This document shows, one piece after another, positions 21,228-31,013 of a stretch of 64,000 nt of DNA; position 1 is the first letter of the stretch; each line of letters begins with the position of its first letter. The DNA is taken from assembly GCA_051251915.1 (NCBI GenBank), contig JBPOGF010000011.1, positions 78,212 through 142,211 of the forward strand. The letters run 5' to 3'. The stretch is from Akkermansiaceae bacterium. GTDB taxonomy: Bacteria > Verrucomicrobiota > Verrucomicrobiia > Verrucomicrobiales > Akkermansiaceae. Under the pieces are notes generated by a model, which was not told where the DNA came from, did no database searches, and was given only the letters and a program-made list of their open reading frames with translations. Made by a program: the position numbers and the translations under genes.

Positions 21228-21566
21228 TTATTGCTTCTTAGATTCGAGACTCCCCCTAAGAGAATCTCCATTCCTACTCACAAATTCCCGCTTCCTTTTA
21301 GATGACTCCCTTTCATGCTTATGATGATTACCACCATGAAAATCATCATCAGGATCACTCCCTAACATTCCATCCAGCAACCATGATAAGGAAAAGAACC
21401 CGCTAGACTTCTCTCGCGTAGGCACCTTTTCATTCTCATAAAGCGAGATCACTTCCGGGCTGGAATGCCTTATCCCACTACTTTGGACGTCCACATACTC
21501 TGTCTGCGCACAGCTTGAAATAGTAACGATCGACATACCGGATAATAAAAATTTAAGCATATTCAT
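21228..21566 (-). CDS. Hypothetical lipoprotein
   Basis: Lipobox ISSC; 6-bp gap to the beta-barrel gene. Confidence 0.65.
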   Translation of the reverse strand: MNMLKFLLSGMSIVTISSCAQTEYVDVQSSGIRHSSPEVISLYENEKVPTREKSSGFFSLSWLLDGMLGSDPDDDFHGGNHHKHERESSKRKREFVSRNGDSLRGSLESKKQ

Positions 21567-21690
21567 CTAAGCTATATGAACTGTGACGTAAGCCAATTCA
21601 ACTCTATTCACCCTACCCCAAAAAAAATTAATTTTCTCTTGTCTCACCGAAGCCATCACTCAGTCTGTCCGGAAGATACAACTAATCATT

Positions 21691-22917
21691 ATGGCTACTA
21701 AGAAAACAACACCTGCATGGGAGAAATCCATGCCAGAGGAACAATTTGAATGGATGAAAAAAATACTAGCTGCACCTAGCCCTATCGGTCTGGAAGCAGC
21801 CATGTCATACGGCGTGATCAAGCCGTTCTTCGAAGAAATTAAGCCTAAGTCATGGGCCATTCACCAGTTCAAAGGAAATGCAGGACTCGTTCTCGACTCC
21901 CACCCTGGTGAAGATGATCGCACCTCAGTCATGATCATCGGACACGCAGACAAGATCCGCCTCCAAGTCCGTAGCATCGGCAAAGATGGTAAAATCTGGG
22001 TGAACAGTGATTCGTTCCTCCCATGCACACTCATCGGACACGAAGTGAAACTATTCTCACAAGAGCCAAAGAAGCCAGGAACTTATCGCCTGATCGAAGG
22101 AGGCACTATCGAAGCCCTAGGCGCAATCCACTTCTCTGAACCAGGTCAACGCACCGGCGAAAAAGGAATCAAACCAACCGAACTCTACCTCGAGCTCCAG
22201 ATGCATGGAGAAAAATGCAAAGAAGAGATCGAGAAACTAGGCATCCGCGCAGGCGACCCTATCATCCTAGACAGACCTATCCGCAAAGGATTCACCAAGG
22301 ACACCTACTACGGCGCATACCTCGACAACGGACTCGGATGCTTCATGGTATCAGAACTAGCACGCATCTTTGCCAAGAAGCCACTGAAAAACATTCGTGT
22401 GCTCTACACCATCGCTACACATGAAGAGATCGGTAGATACGGAGCCACCGCCATCGCAGGTGAATTGAAGCCAGACATCCTCATCGGCGCAGATGTGAAC
22501 CATGACTACGATGCAGCTCCAGGCCTAGGATCTAAGAAAATGAACTCCCTCGCAATGGGCAAAGGATTCTCCATCACTGGCGGATCAGTCACTAGCGAGT
22601 ATCTCCATTCACTCATCGAGAAATCATGCCAAGCACGAGACATCCCTTACCAAATGGACATGTCAGGCAGAGACACAGGCACAGACGCCATGGCTGCTGC
22701 TCTTGCAGGCTTTGACAGCGCTGTAACTTCCGTCGGATTCCCTATCCGCAACATGCACACCATCTCAGAAACAGGTCACACCAAGGACATCCTAGCTGCT
22801 ATAGCAGGCATGGAAGCCACCTTCCGTGACTTAGATGAGATGAATGATAACAAGGGCATCACAGTGGATGACTTTAAGAATAATCACCCAAGACTAGATA
22901 CCATTTCCTGTATCTAA
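21691..22917 (+). CDS. M42 family metallopeptidase
   Basis: GHADKI, LDNGLG, THEEIG, GTDA, RNMHT. Confidence 0.9.
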   Translation: MATKKTTPAWEKSMPEEQFEWMKKILAAPSPIGLEAAMSYGVIKPFFEEIKPKSWAIHQFKGNAGLVLDSHPGEDDRTSVMIIGHADKIRLQVRSIGKDGKIWVNSDSFLPCTLIGHEVKLFSQEPKKPGTYRLIEGGTIEALGAIHFSEPGQRTGEKGIKPTELYLELQMHGEKCKEEIEKLGIRAGDPIILDRPIRKGFTKDTYYGAYLDNGLGCFMVSELARIFAKKPLKNIRVLYTIATHEEIGRYGATAIAGELKPDILIGADVNHDYDAAPGLGSKKMNSLAMGKGFSITGGSVTSEYLHSLIEKSCQARDIPYQMDMSGRDTGTDAMAAALAGFDSAVTSVGFPIRNMHTISETGHTKDILAAIAGMEATFRDLDEMNDNKGITVDDFKNNHPRLDTISCI

Positions 22918-22931
22918 CATCTATTTCTAAC

Positions 22932-22971
22932 AAATCGACTAAGCACCTCTGCGCTTAGTCGATTTTTTTTT
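22932..22971 (+). terminator. Intrinsic terminator
   Basis: AAATCGACTAAGC-loop-GCTTAGTCGATTT with a 9-T run. Confidence 0.9.
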
Positions 22972-23131
22972 GCCAAGTTTGCGAAACTTTGAAGGATAGT
23001 TATCTCGCATTTAATAAAGCCCATCGTTCCTAGGAAGCTTGGAATATTCATAAAACATAGTTGTCTTTAGACCTGATTATTTGGTAGCGTAGGAGCACTA
23101 AAAACAACACCACTACATTACCATTTTGTCT

Positions 23132-25099
23132 ATGAGAAAAAAAGCCACTAAAAAAACCGCCAAAGCCGTTCAGATCGACGAAAATACCGAGTTCAAACCC
23201 TCAAAAGAATTTTCTAAACAAGCACGCGTAAAGAGCATGGCTCAATACAAACGCATGCACAAAGAATCCATTGAACAGCCAGACATCTTCTGGGCAAAAG
23301 AAGCAGATGATCTCAAGTGGCAAAAGAAGTGGGACAAAGTGCTAGACTGGAAAGCTCCTAATGCAAAATGGTTCAGCGGAGCCAAACTCAACGTCTGTGA
23401 AAACTGCGTAGACCGCCACGTCGAAGAAGGTAGAGGCAACAAAGCAGCTATCATCTGGGAAGGTGAACCGGGCGACAAACGCGTCATCACCTACCGTCAA
23501 CTCCTCCGTGACGTTTCAAGATTCGCAAATGCTCTAACAGCGGAAGGAATAAAAGCAAAAGACAACGTCCTCATCTACATGCCGATGACGCCAGAGGCTA
23601 CTATCGCCATGCTAGCTTGTGCCCGTATCGGAGCTGTTCACTCAGTAGTCTTCGGCGGCTTCTCAGCAGAATCCATCAAGGACAGACTCGAAGACTCTAA
23701 AGCCGTAGCCGTGATCACCTGTGATGGTGGCTGGCGCCGTGGTGGCACAGTAGCCCTCAAAGAAAACGTCGACGAAGCTCTCAAAGGAAATAAACTCGTC
23801 AAAACAGTCATCGTCCAAAAACGCATCGGCAACGATGTAACCATGAAGAAAGGCCGCGACAAATGGTGGGATGAAGCCATCGAAGGCATGTCAGCAGTTC
23901 ACAAGCCAAAAGGCTTCACCTCCGAGCACCCACTCTTCATTCTTTATACCTCAGGATCTACCGGGAAACCAAAAGGCATCCTCCACACCTCGGGCGGATA
24001 CATGGTCGGCACATATGCCACCTGTAAATACATTTTCGACATGAAGGAAGATGATGTCTACTGGTGCACCGCAGACGTTGGCTGGATCACCGGACACTCA
24101 TACATCACCTACGGCCCACTCCTAAATGGAGTCACCCAGATCATGTATGAAGGTGCCCCCAACTTCCCTGACTGGGACCGCTTCTGGAGCATCATTGAGG
24201 AATACGGAGTTTCTATCTTCTACACCGCACCCACCGCCATACGCGCATTCATCAAAGCCGGTGACCACCATGTCGAAAAACACGACCTCTCATCACTCCG
24301 TCTCCTCGGCACGGTAGGTGAGCCTATCAACCCTACCGCTTGGATGTGGTATTACGATAAAATCGGTGGTGGCAGATGCCCTATCGTTGACACCTGGTGG
24401 CAGACTGAAACAGGAGCCATCATGGTTTCTCCACTCCCTGGTTGCACACCTATCAAGCCCGGAACCGCAACACTTCCATTCTTCGGAATCGATGCCGCCA
24501 TTCTCGATGAAGAGGGCAACGAGTGCAAAGCCAACATCCCCGGAAAACTCGTCATCAGAAAACCTTGGCCATCAATGCTGAGAAATATCTACGGAGACAA
24601 GAAACGATACAAAGACACCTACTGGAGCGACTACGACGGCATCTACACCGCAGGTGACGGCGCGCGCAAAGACAAAAAAGGCAACATCTACATCGTAGGT
24701 CGCCTCGATGACGTTCTTAATGTCTCAGGCCACAGACTAGGAACCGCTGAAGTAGAAAGTTCCCTCGTCGCTCATAAAGCAGTAGCTGAAGCCGCTGTAG
24801 TAGGCAAACCTCACGACATTAAGGGTGAGTCCATCGTCTGCTTCGTCACCCTCAAAGGCTCCGCTAAACCTACAGACACACTCAAAACTGAACTCAGAAA
24901 CCACGTTGGCAAAATCATCGGCGCCATAGCCAAGCCAGATGCCATCCATTTCGCCCCATCACTACCTAAGACGCGCTCGGGTAAAATCATGCGCAGACTG
25001 CTCAAGGAACTCGTGAAAACCGGAAAGGTCACAGGCAATATCACCACACTAGAAGACAGCCGAGTAATCGATCAGCTACAAAAATCAATCAAAGGATAG
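23132..25099 (+). CDS. acs: Acetyl-CoA synthetase
   Basis: YTSGSTGKPKG, ADVGWITGHSY, DTWWQTETG, LPKTRSGKIMRR. Confidence 0.96.
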   Translation: MRKKATKKTAKAVQIDENTEFKPSKEFSKQARVKSMAQYKRMHKESIEQPDIFWAKEADDLKWQKKWDKVLDWKAPNAKWFSGAKLNVCENCVDRHVEEGRGNKAAIIWEGEPGDKRVITYRQLLRDVSRFANALTAEGIKAKDNVLIYMPMTPEATIAMLACARIGAVHSVVFGGFSAESIKDRLEDSKAVAVITCDGGWRRGGTVALKENVDEALKGNKLVKTVIVQKRIGNDVTMKKGRDKWWDEAIEGMSAVHKPKGFTSEHPLFILYTSGSTGKPKGILHTSGGYMVGTYATCKYIFDMKEDDVYWCTADVGWITGHSYITYGPLLNGVTQIMYEGAPNFPDWDRFWSIIEEYGVSIFYTAPTAIRAFIKAGDHHVEKHDLSSLRLLGTVGEPINPTAWMWYYDKIGGGRCPIVDTWWQTETGAIMVSPLPGCTPIKPGTATLPFFGIDAAILDEEGNECKANIPGKLVIRKPWPSMLRNIYGDKKRYKDTYWSDYDGIYTAGDGARKDKKGNIYIVGRLDDVLNVSGHRLGTAEVESSLVAHKAVAEAAVVGKPHDIKGESIVCFVTLKGSAKPTDTLKTELRNHVGKIIGAIAKPDAIHFAPSLPKTRSGKIMRRLLKELVKTGKVTGNITTLEDSRVIDQLQKSIKG

Positions 25100-25104
25100 T
25101 CAAC

Positions 25105-25971
25105 ATGACCAACAAACAATATTTATTCGCCAATTTTTTGAAAAAATTCGGGGTCCTAAGAAAACAAAAAAGGCTTCAAGATGCTGCTTTGGAGCTGCAA
25201 CTGCTCAAAGAGGCTGAAGAGATTCTAGGTCGCAATGTTTGGACGAAAGTTAAAGAATTAGAGCACTACAAAGTGAACTACTGGGGCATCAACAAGTTGC
25301 TTCACGAGAGAAATGAACTCAGTGACAAGATTCAAGACATCAAATCAAAGATCGAAAGCATCAAACAAAACCAGGAAACTCGGTTTAAAGAAGTGAATAA
25401 CCCTGAACACAACGTTGAGGAAATCTATGAGAAACAAAAGATTGTTGTTAATAAGATTCAAGCCGAACAAAAGGACATTAGCGATATTGCAGCTAACATC
25501 AAAAGAAGTTTTGATGGAGCTATGGCCAAACTAGACGCCCTCACCTCTAATGACGTTCCTGATTCTGAAATCAATTCCGAAAAAGCAAAGATCGAACAGC
25601 TAAAGAAAAAATTCTCCGATCTAAAAGAAAAGAAAACAATCTCTGACAAGAAACTAGCCAAGCAAACTGCCATTCTAGTGAAGATTTCTGATTCACTTCA
25701 GAGCTCTAAAAACACCTACAAAGATAACGCCGCAGGCAACTACGAGATCATGGGTAAAGCCAACAAAGCCCTCTCAGCTTACCGATCTAAAATTGGTCTT
25801 CTAGACAACAAAATCATCACCCACTACAACGAGATTGGTAAAAATATCAGCAAAGAATGCTTTGCAGATGATGACTGCAGAAAGGCAGTAAAAGATAAAT
25901 TTAACCTCTGCAAGATCATGAGGTCACTCCGACAGTCTATCGATTACAATCACAACCTAGCCGACAGATAA
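25105..25971 (+). CDS. Hypothetical Lys-rich coiled-coil protein
   Basis: 288 aa with long heptad-like helices; 5-bp gap after acs. Confidence 0.75.
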   Translation: MTNKQYLFANFLKKFGVLRKQKRLQDAALELQLLKEAEEILGRNVWTKVKELEHYKVNYWGINKLLHERNELSDKIQDIKSKIESIKQNQETRFKEVNNPEHNVEEIYEKQKIVVNKIQAEQKDISDIAANIKRSFDGAMAKLDALTSNDVPDSEINSEKAKIEQLKKKFSDLKEKKTISDKKLAKQTAILVKISDSLQSSKNTYKDNAAGNYEIMGKANKALSAYRSKIGLLDNKIITHYNEIGKNISKECFADDDCRKAVKDKFNLCKIMRSLRQSIDYNHNLADR

Positions 25972-25975
25972 AAAA

Positions 25976-26044
25976 GCTAGATCTAAACAATACAATAATC
26001 TAGCCACTCTCACTCACCCTGATACTTGACCAGAGTGAGTAGAG
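25976..26044. terminator. Two adjacent hairpins between convergent genes
   Basis: GCTAGAT/ATCTAGC (25976-26004) and CTCT-ACTCAC-CTG/CAG-GTGAGT-AGAG (26007-26044). Confidence 0.45.
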
Positions 26045-26078
26045 GTCAGCTTTCTAAAATCTCTATCTTAAAACTATA

Positions 26079-27599
26079 TTACCCGATATTTAGTGAAGCA
26101 TCGATCTTCGTTCTGATCTCAGTATAGAGCGGTTGATTCACAGATAAGTCCTTATTGTGAGTAGGCACCATCTCAGCCATCACACTAGACCAACTCTCAT
26201 TTTTCATCTCCTCTGAGAAACATTTCCCAAGAACTTCTAGAATGATAGCCACTGCTGTCGATGCTCCAGGACTAGCTCCGAGTAATGCAGAAAGTGATCC
26301 ATCTGCCGCAGCCACAACCTCAGTACCAAACTGCAGTTTACCACCCTTCTCCTTATCTTTCTTAATGATCTGTACTCTCTGTCCTGCAGTCACCAGATCC
26401 CACTCCTCATCTTTAGCTCCTGGGAAAAACGTCCTTAGTAGATCCATTCTATCAGTGTGAGTGTTAATCACCTCTTGGTAAAGATACTCAGTTAGATTCA
26501 TATTATCTCTACCCGCAGCAAGCATCGGCCCTATGTTATCCAGAGTCACACTAGCAAGCAAATCAAGCATTGATCCACGCTTTAAGAACTTCGGTGAAAA
26601 GCCAGCATATGGCCCAAAGAGCAAACTGTTTCTCCCCTGAATCACTCGCGTATCCAAATGAGGCACAGACATTGGCGGAGCACCCACCGCTGCCTTACCA
26701 TAGACTTTCGCATGGTGTTTCTCTACCAACTCCTGATTATTACAAACAAGGAACTGTCCACTAATAGGGAACCCTCCAAAACCTTCACCTTCTTTGATGT
26801 CAGATTTCTGAAGCAACTTCAGAGAACCACCACCAGCGCCAATAAATACAAACGGCGCGTAAATTTTCTCAGAGAAGAAGTCCCCTACCTTCTTCACTTT
26901 CACTTCCCAATCCCCAGATTTCTCCTTGTTTAAATCTCTAACAGCTGTCGTAGTAGCCAGCTCCACACCGTCCAAACTAATCAAGTGATTAAACAACACA
27001 CTAGTAAGTGAACCAAAATCAATATCTGTTCCAGTCTCTACCCTAGTTGCTGCTATTTCCTCATCTTCACCACGCCCCATTTTCAACAAAGGCGTCCACT
27101 CAGCAATCTTAGCCTGATCATCAGAAAACTGCATCTCATCGAAGAAATGATGACCAGTCATAGCTTCATGACGTTTCTTAAGAAATTCCACATCATCAGC
27201 ACCTTTCACAAAACTCATGTGCGGAACTTTACGAATAAAGTCTGCCGGATTTTCAATCACCCCCTGCTCCACAAGATACGCCCAGAACTGCTTAGAAAGC
27301 TCAAAGTCCTCATTGATCTTAATCGCTTTACTTATATCAACATCTCCATTCTCTAACACAGGAGTGTAATTTAATTCACACAAAGCTGCATGCCCTGTCC
27401 CTGCATTATTCCATGCATGACTACTCTCCATCGCTACAGATGAAAGCAACTCCACAATCTGAATAGTCATCTCAGGCTTCAGCTTCTTCAGCATGATACC
27501 TAGTGTTGCACTCATAATCCCTCCACCAATCAACACCACATCAGGGTGTTTCATTAAGCCATTTTCCGTGAATTCAGTCGCATTAGTTGTTGCACTCAT
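26079..27599 (-). CDS. mqo: Malate:quinone oxidoreductase
   Basis: [57 protein letters not shown]; start taken at ATG 27599. Confidence 0.96.
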   Translation of the reverse strand: MSATTNATEFTENGLMKHPDVVLIGGGIMSATLGIMLKKLKPEMTIQIVELLSSVAMESSHAWNNAGTGHAALCELNYTPVLENGDVDISKAIKINEDFELSKQFWAYLVEQGVIENPADFIRKVPHMSFVKGADDVEFLKKRHEAMTGHHFFDEMQFSDDQAKIAEWTPLLKMGRGEDEEIAATRVETGTDIDFGSLTSVLFNHLISLDGVELATTTAVRDLNKEKSGDWEVKVKKVGDFFSEKIYAPFVFIGAGGGSLKLLQKSDIKEGEGFGGFPISGQFLVCNNQELVEKHHAKVYGKAAVGAPPMSVPHLDTRVIQGRNSLLFGPYAGFSPKFLKRGSMLDLLASVTLDNIGPMLAAGRDNMNLTEYLYQEVINTHTDRMDLLRTFFPGAKDEEWDLVTAGQRVQIIKKDKEKGGKLQFGTEVVAAADGSLSALLGASPGASTAVAIILEVLGKCFSEEMKNESWSSVMAEMVPTHNKDLSVNQPLYTEIRTKIDASLNIG

Positions 27600-27647
27600 A
27601 GCGTTCAACTATCGTCACTAGCCACATTTGTCAACGCTTTGTCTAAC

Positions 27648-28994
27648 CTACCGCACTAACTTTAAGAACTTTTTACGCACCTTCGGAGACACCATCGCAT
27701 AAACGATATCACCAGGATCTAACACATCATCTGGACCCGGAACATCCGCATCCACTCCACGCATTTTAGCCACCAGCACACAGCCCTCAGGCCATTCCAC
27801 CTCACCCACCATCTTACCAGCCACAATAGACCCACTCTCCACAGTCGTCTCTATCACCTCACCAGCACTAAGCTTCTTAACAATGTGGTAATCATCCGTA
27901 GTAATAAACTTCTCAATATCCCGCCTACTCGCCTCACGAGGACTCACCGCCGCAATCATCCCAAAATGCCGACCACTCGCACTGATTGCATTCGCATAAT
28001 CCGCCCTGTGTATCAGCGTCAAACAGTTCTTAGTTCCCAAGTTATGAGCTTGCAAGCAAGTCATCACATTATCTTCATCACTAGTACTCGTCGCCACAAA
28101 AAAGTCAGCCTGCCCCACTCGCTCCTCCTCAAGCTCCGCTAACACAGTTCCATCAGTATTAATCACCGTCGTATTAGATAACCTATCAGTTAGCTCCTGA
28201 GCCACAGCCGGATCTTTCTCCAGAATCCTCACCTTACAATTCCAACTCTCCAACATCTGAGCCAAAGAAAATCCATACTCACCACCACCAAAAATCACCA
28301 CTCGTATCTCATCCTTACTTTCCTTCGTCTTCTGCAACCTATCGGCCAGATCCTTCAGCTTCCTAGGCTCACCAAAAATAGTCACCACATCCCCTGCTTC
28401 AAGCGTCGTCCGCGCATTCGGCACGAAATGTTCACCCCCACGAGAAACAGACGCCACCCGAGTTCTCTCAGGCGCCTTCAGCTGCATCAACATCTTACCA
28501 ATCGCATCACTCGTCTCACACACCCTCACCTGCTGAAGCTCTATCTTCCCACGCGCCACTTCTTCTACCACCAATGAGTCTGGATTACGTATAAATTTCG
28601 CCAACTCAATCGCGCTCAACCTCTCCGAACTAAAAATATGGTCAATCCCAAAATGCCCCCGATAATCAAACAACCACTCCTCACGCTGCAACCCAGGGTG
28701 AACCCTACAAACAACCTTCCTAGCCTCCAGTTTAGTAGCCATCGATGCCGTCATCATGTTCACCGTATTATCACTCGTTAAAGCCAAAAACAGATCACAA
28801 TTCCCAACCTCAGCCTCAAGCAAAACCGTAATACTCGTCCCATCACCATGCACCACTTTCGCATCAAGAGATTGCTCCAACTCGTGCGCCAAAACAGCAT
28901 TGGACTCAATAACCACAATACTATGCGCCTCTCGTGACAACGATTCTGCCATATGTCTACCTACCTCGCCAGCTCCTACAATGATGATGTTCAT
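27648..28994 (-). CDS. trkA: Trk potassium transporter NAD-binding subunit
   Basis: Two RCK_N/RCK_C pairs (IIIVGAGEVG; VVIFGGGEYG); start at ATG 28994. Confidence 0.93.
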   Translation of the reverse strand: MNIIIVGAGEVGRHMAESLSREAHSIVVIESNAVLAHELEQSLDAKVVHGDGTSITVLLEAEVGNCDLFLALTSDNTVNMMTASMATKLEARKVVCRVHPGLQREEWLFDYRGHFGIDHIFSSERLSAIELAKFIRNPDSLVVEEVARGKIELQQVRVCETSDAIGKMLMQLKAPERTRVASVSRGGEHFVPNARTTLEAGDVVTIFGEPRKLKDLADRLQKTKESKDEIRVVIFGGGEYGFSLAQMLESWNCKVRILEKDPAVAQELTDRLSNTTVINTDGTVLAELEEERVGQADFFVATSTSDEDNVMTCLQAHNLGTKNCLTLIHRADYANAISASGRHFGMIAAVSPREASRRDIEKFITTDDYHIVKKLSAGEVIETTVESGSIVAGKMVGEVEWPEGCVLVAKMRGVDADVPGPDDVLDPGDIVYAMVSPKVRKKFLKLVR

Positions 28995-29002
28995 TGGCGG
29001 GG

Positions 29003-29031
29003 AAACTAGCCTAAGACCCTCCAATAAGCAA
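29003..29031 (-). promoter_or_regulatory. Putative near-leaderless promoter of trkA
   Basis: TTGCTT-17-TAGTTT-CCCCGCCA-ATG. Confidence 0.6.
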
Positions 29032-29107
29032 CAGCCAAGTATTACACCTTATCTCCTAACCTAACCTGAACTTATTCAAATAAGATAAGACACTCCATAC
29101 ACCCGCA

Positions 29108-29839
29108 CTAAGACAAAGCCGTAAACAAATGAGTGATCTCCTCCTTGATCAACTCAGCATCAGACGAACCTATCGTATCCGCTACCTGCCTCTGCAATAT
29201 CTCCTTATACGTTTGCCGTAATCTATGCACAGCCACCTTCACCGCCCCTTCAGATAACCTCAAACGCTGCGCTACCTCACCATAACTATCCTCCCCCATA
29301 CTCCATCCCAAATAAGGCTTCAGCACATCAAACACCTCCCCCTTGCCCTTTTTCACATAGCCCGCACGCATCTTCAACAATGACTGCTCCAGCACCGACA
29401 ATGCCCAGCGCTTATCAAACAATGACTCAGCCGTCACCGTCTCCAAAAGTTCACCACCAAGCCACTCCTCCTCACGCCCCTGATCAAACGATAACTTCAC
29501 CTGTCCACCTCCACCCTCCTGCGCACAATCGCCACTCTCCCTCATCAAAACCACCCTATCCACGACCGTCCTAAAAAACGTCCGCAACCTCCCCCTCACA
29601 ACATCCACACGCTTTATCAAATCCTTATCTAATAACCCCTCAAAAACGATCTGCACCATACCCACAGCATCCTCTCCCCCCATCCCTCTACCCCGTGCAA
29701 ACACATACAACGGAGCCCAATACCACTTACAAATCTCAGAAATCGCCTCACCCGCCATCTGCTCATCCGCCGAAGCTGCTCGCTCCAACAGTAACCACTG
29801 GTCACTAAGCAACTTACCATCAAGATGATCATTCTTCAT
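29108..29839 (-). CDS. ECF sigma factor of the PVC type, divergent
   Basis: YWAPLYVFAR, RGRLRTF, FDKRWA, region-4 HTH SYGEVAQRLRLSEGAVKVAVHRLR. Confidence 0.85.
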   Translation of the reverse strand: MKNDHLDGKLLSDQWLLLERAASADEQMAGEAISEICKWYWAPLYVFARGRGMGGEDAVGMVQIVFEGLLDKDLIKRVDVVRGRLRTFFRTVVDRVVLMRESGDCAQEGGGGQVKLSFDQGREEEWLGGELLETVTAESLFDKRWALSVLEQSLLKMRAGYVKKGKGEVFDVLKPYLGWSMGEDSYGEVAQRLRLSEGAVKVAVHRLRQTYKEILQRQVADTIGSSDAELIKEEITHLFTALS

Positions 29840-29973
29840 ATGAAAAAATCATGAATAACAGATCACACTTTGACGAGCTTTATGTTAAACATCCCCCTAA
29901 ATAGTAATTCTCTCACTTAACATTATACAGACATCACCCGCACTCATGTCTTACACCTCAACTAGTGAAGCTA

Positions 29974-30087
29974 TTAAAAATAGAGTGGCGTTCTAACCAT
30001 CTCATAAGGTTTTACTACCTCACGCCCCAGTGATACTTCGCAAGAGCAGAAAATGACAGCTAACCCAGCAATAAGGACATTTTTCAT
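29974..30087 (-). CDS. Putative 37-aa lipoprotein-like small ORF or gene remnant
   Basis: MKNVLIAGLAVIFCSCEVSLGREVVKPYEMVRTPLYF; signal-peptide-like N-terminus ending in Cys; below the ORF-track cutoff. Confidence 0.35.
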   Translation of the reverse strand: MKNVLIAGLAVIFCSCEVSLGREVVKPYEMVRTPLYF

Positions 30088-30191
30088 CTCTTCAATCATA
30101 ATACATTCACTAAAATTTACCGTTTATCGCAACCCCAGTAAAGCCACCTCCAACATCCCCCCATCAAGACACGAAAAACTTACCTGTATGG

Positions 30192-30220
30192 TTGACCTTT
30201 TCCCCCACTCCCACTAGCGT
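30192..30220 (+). promoter_or_regulatory. Putative near-leaderless promoter of the first FKBP gene
   Basis: TTGACC-17-TAGCGT-CCCGCCGAT-ATG. Confidence 0.65.
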
Positions 30221-30229
30221 CCCGCCGAT

Positions 30230-30814
30230 ATGAAATTACAAGAAGCAGTAGAAATCGTCAGCCAAGGTGTTGGCTTCAGACTAGGTAGCCAAATCTCAGA
30301 AGATGCCACCCTCGATAAGGACATCATACTCAAAGCAATCACCGCAGTATTCGCAGGTAAAGGAGAAGCTCCAAATCAAGAAAAATTTACCGAAGCAGCA
30401 CAGATCGTCCAGGAAGAATCTACCAAGGAACTCCGCGCAGCTGGTGACGCATTCCTCGCAGAAAACAAATCTAAAGATGGAATCCAAGTCACTGACTCAG
30501 GACTCCAATACAAAATCGTAGAAGAAGGCTCAGGAGAAACTCCACAACCTAGCGACAAAGTAACCGTCCACTACACAGGAAAACTCATCGATGGCACCAC
30601 CTTCGACAGCAGCATCCCACGCGGCGAGCCTACACAGTTCGGTGTCACTCAAGTCATCCCAGGTTGGGTAGAAGGCCTCCAACTCATGAAGCCAGGCGCT
30701 AAATACGAGTTCTACATCCCACAAGAACTCGCCTACGGAGCACAAGGATCACAAGGAGCCATCCCTCCATTCTCAGCCCTCATCTTCGAAGTTGAGCTCA
30801 TCAAAATCAACTAA
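30230..30814 (+). CDS. FKBP-type peptidyl-prolyl isomerase (FklB-like)
   Basis: SGLQY, VTVHYTGKLIDGTTFDSS, VIPGWVEGLQLM, LIFEVEL. Confidence 0.95.
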   Translation: MKLQEAVEIVSQGVGFRLGSQISEDATLDKDIILKAITAVFAGKGEAPNQEKFTEAAQIVQEESTKELRAAGDAFLAENKSKDGIQVTDSGLQYKIVEEGSGETPQPSDKVTVHYTGKLIDGTTFDSSIPRGEPTQFGVTQVIPGWVEGLQLMKPGAKYEFYIPQELAYGAQGSQGAIPPFSALIFEVELIKIN

Positions 30815-30830
30815 TCTCCATCACTGAACG

Positions 30831-30970
30831 GCACTAACTTTAGACAAGATTCAATAATCTCATTTCATCACTAACCTCAGAAATCTCGCTTGCGGCTACT
30901 TGCTACCCGCTCCTTGCTTCCTCTAGGTTACTCTCGAAATTCTGAATAACTTTTCGTCTAAATGTTAGGC
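30831..30970 (-). ncRNA. Candidate structured RNA or palindromic element (long imperfect hairpin)
   Basis: Nested inverted repeats around a centre near 30900; extra G-U pairs become possible on the minus strand. Confidence 0.4.
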
Positions 30971-31013
30971 TATTCCCCATAACTCAAAAACTTACCCCTA
31001 GCAGATCACCAAA

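Noticed and set aside
29863..29890. dif-like site (TTATGTTAAAC matches the XerD arm at 10/11)
   Set aside because: The left arm TCACACTTTGA lacks the XerC-type ...ATAA, and the C>G skew does not flip here.
30900..30930. Minus-strand AGGAAGCA suggesting SRP (4.5S) RNA domain IV
   Set aside because: The upstream CAGG and the GNRA-capped helix are missing; kept only as an unclassified hairpin.
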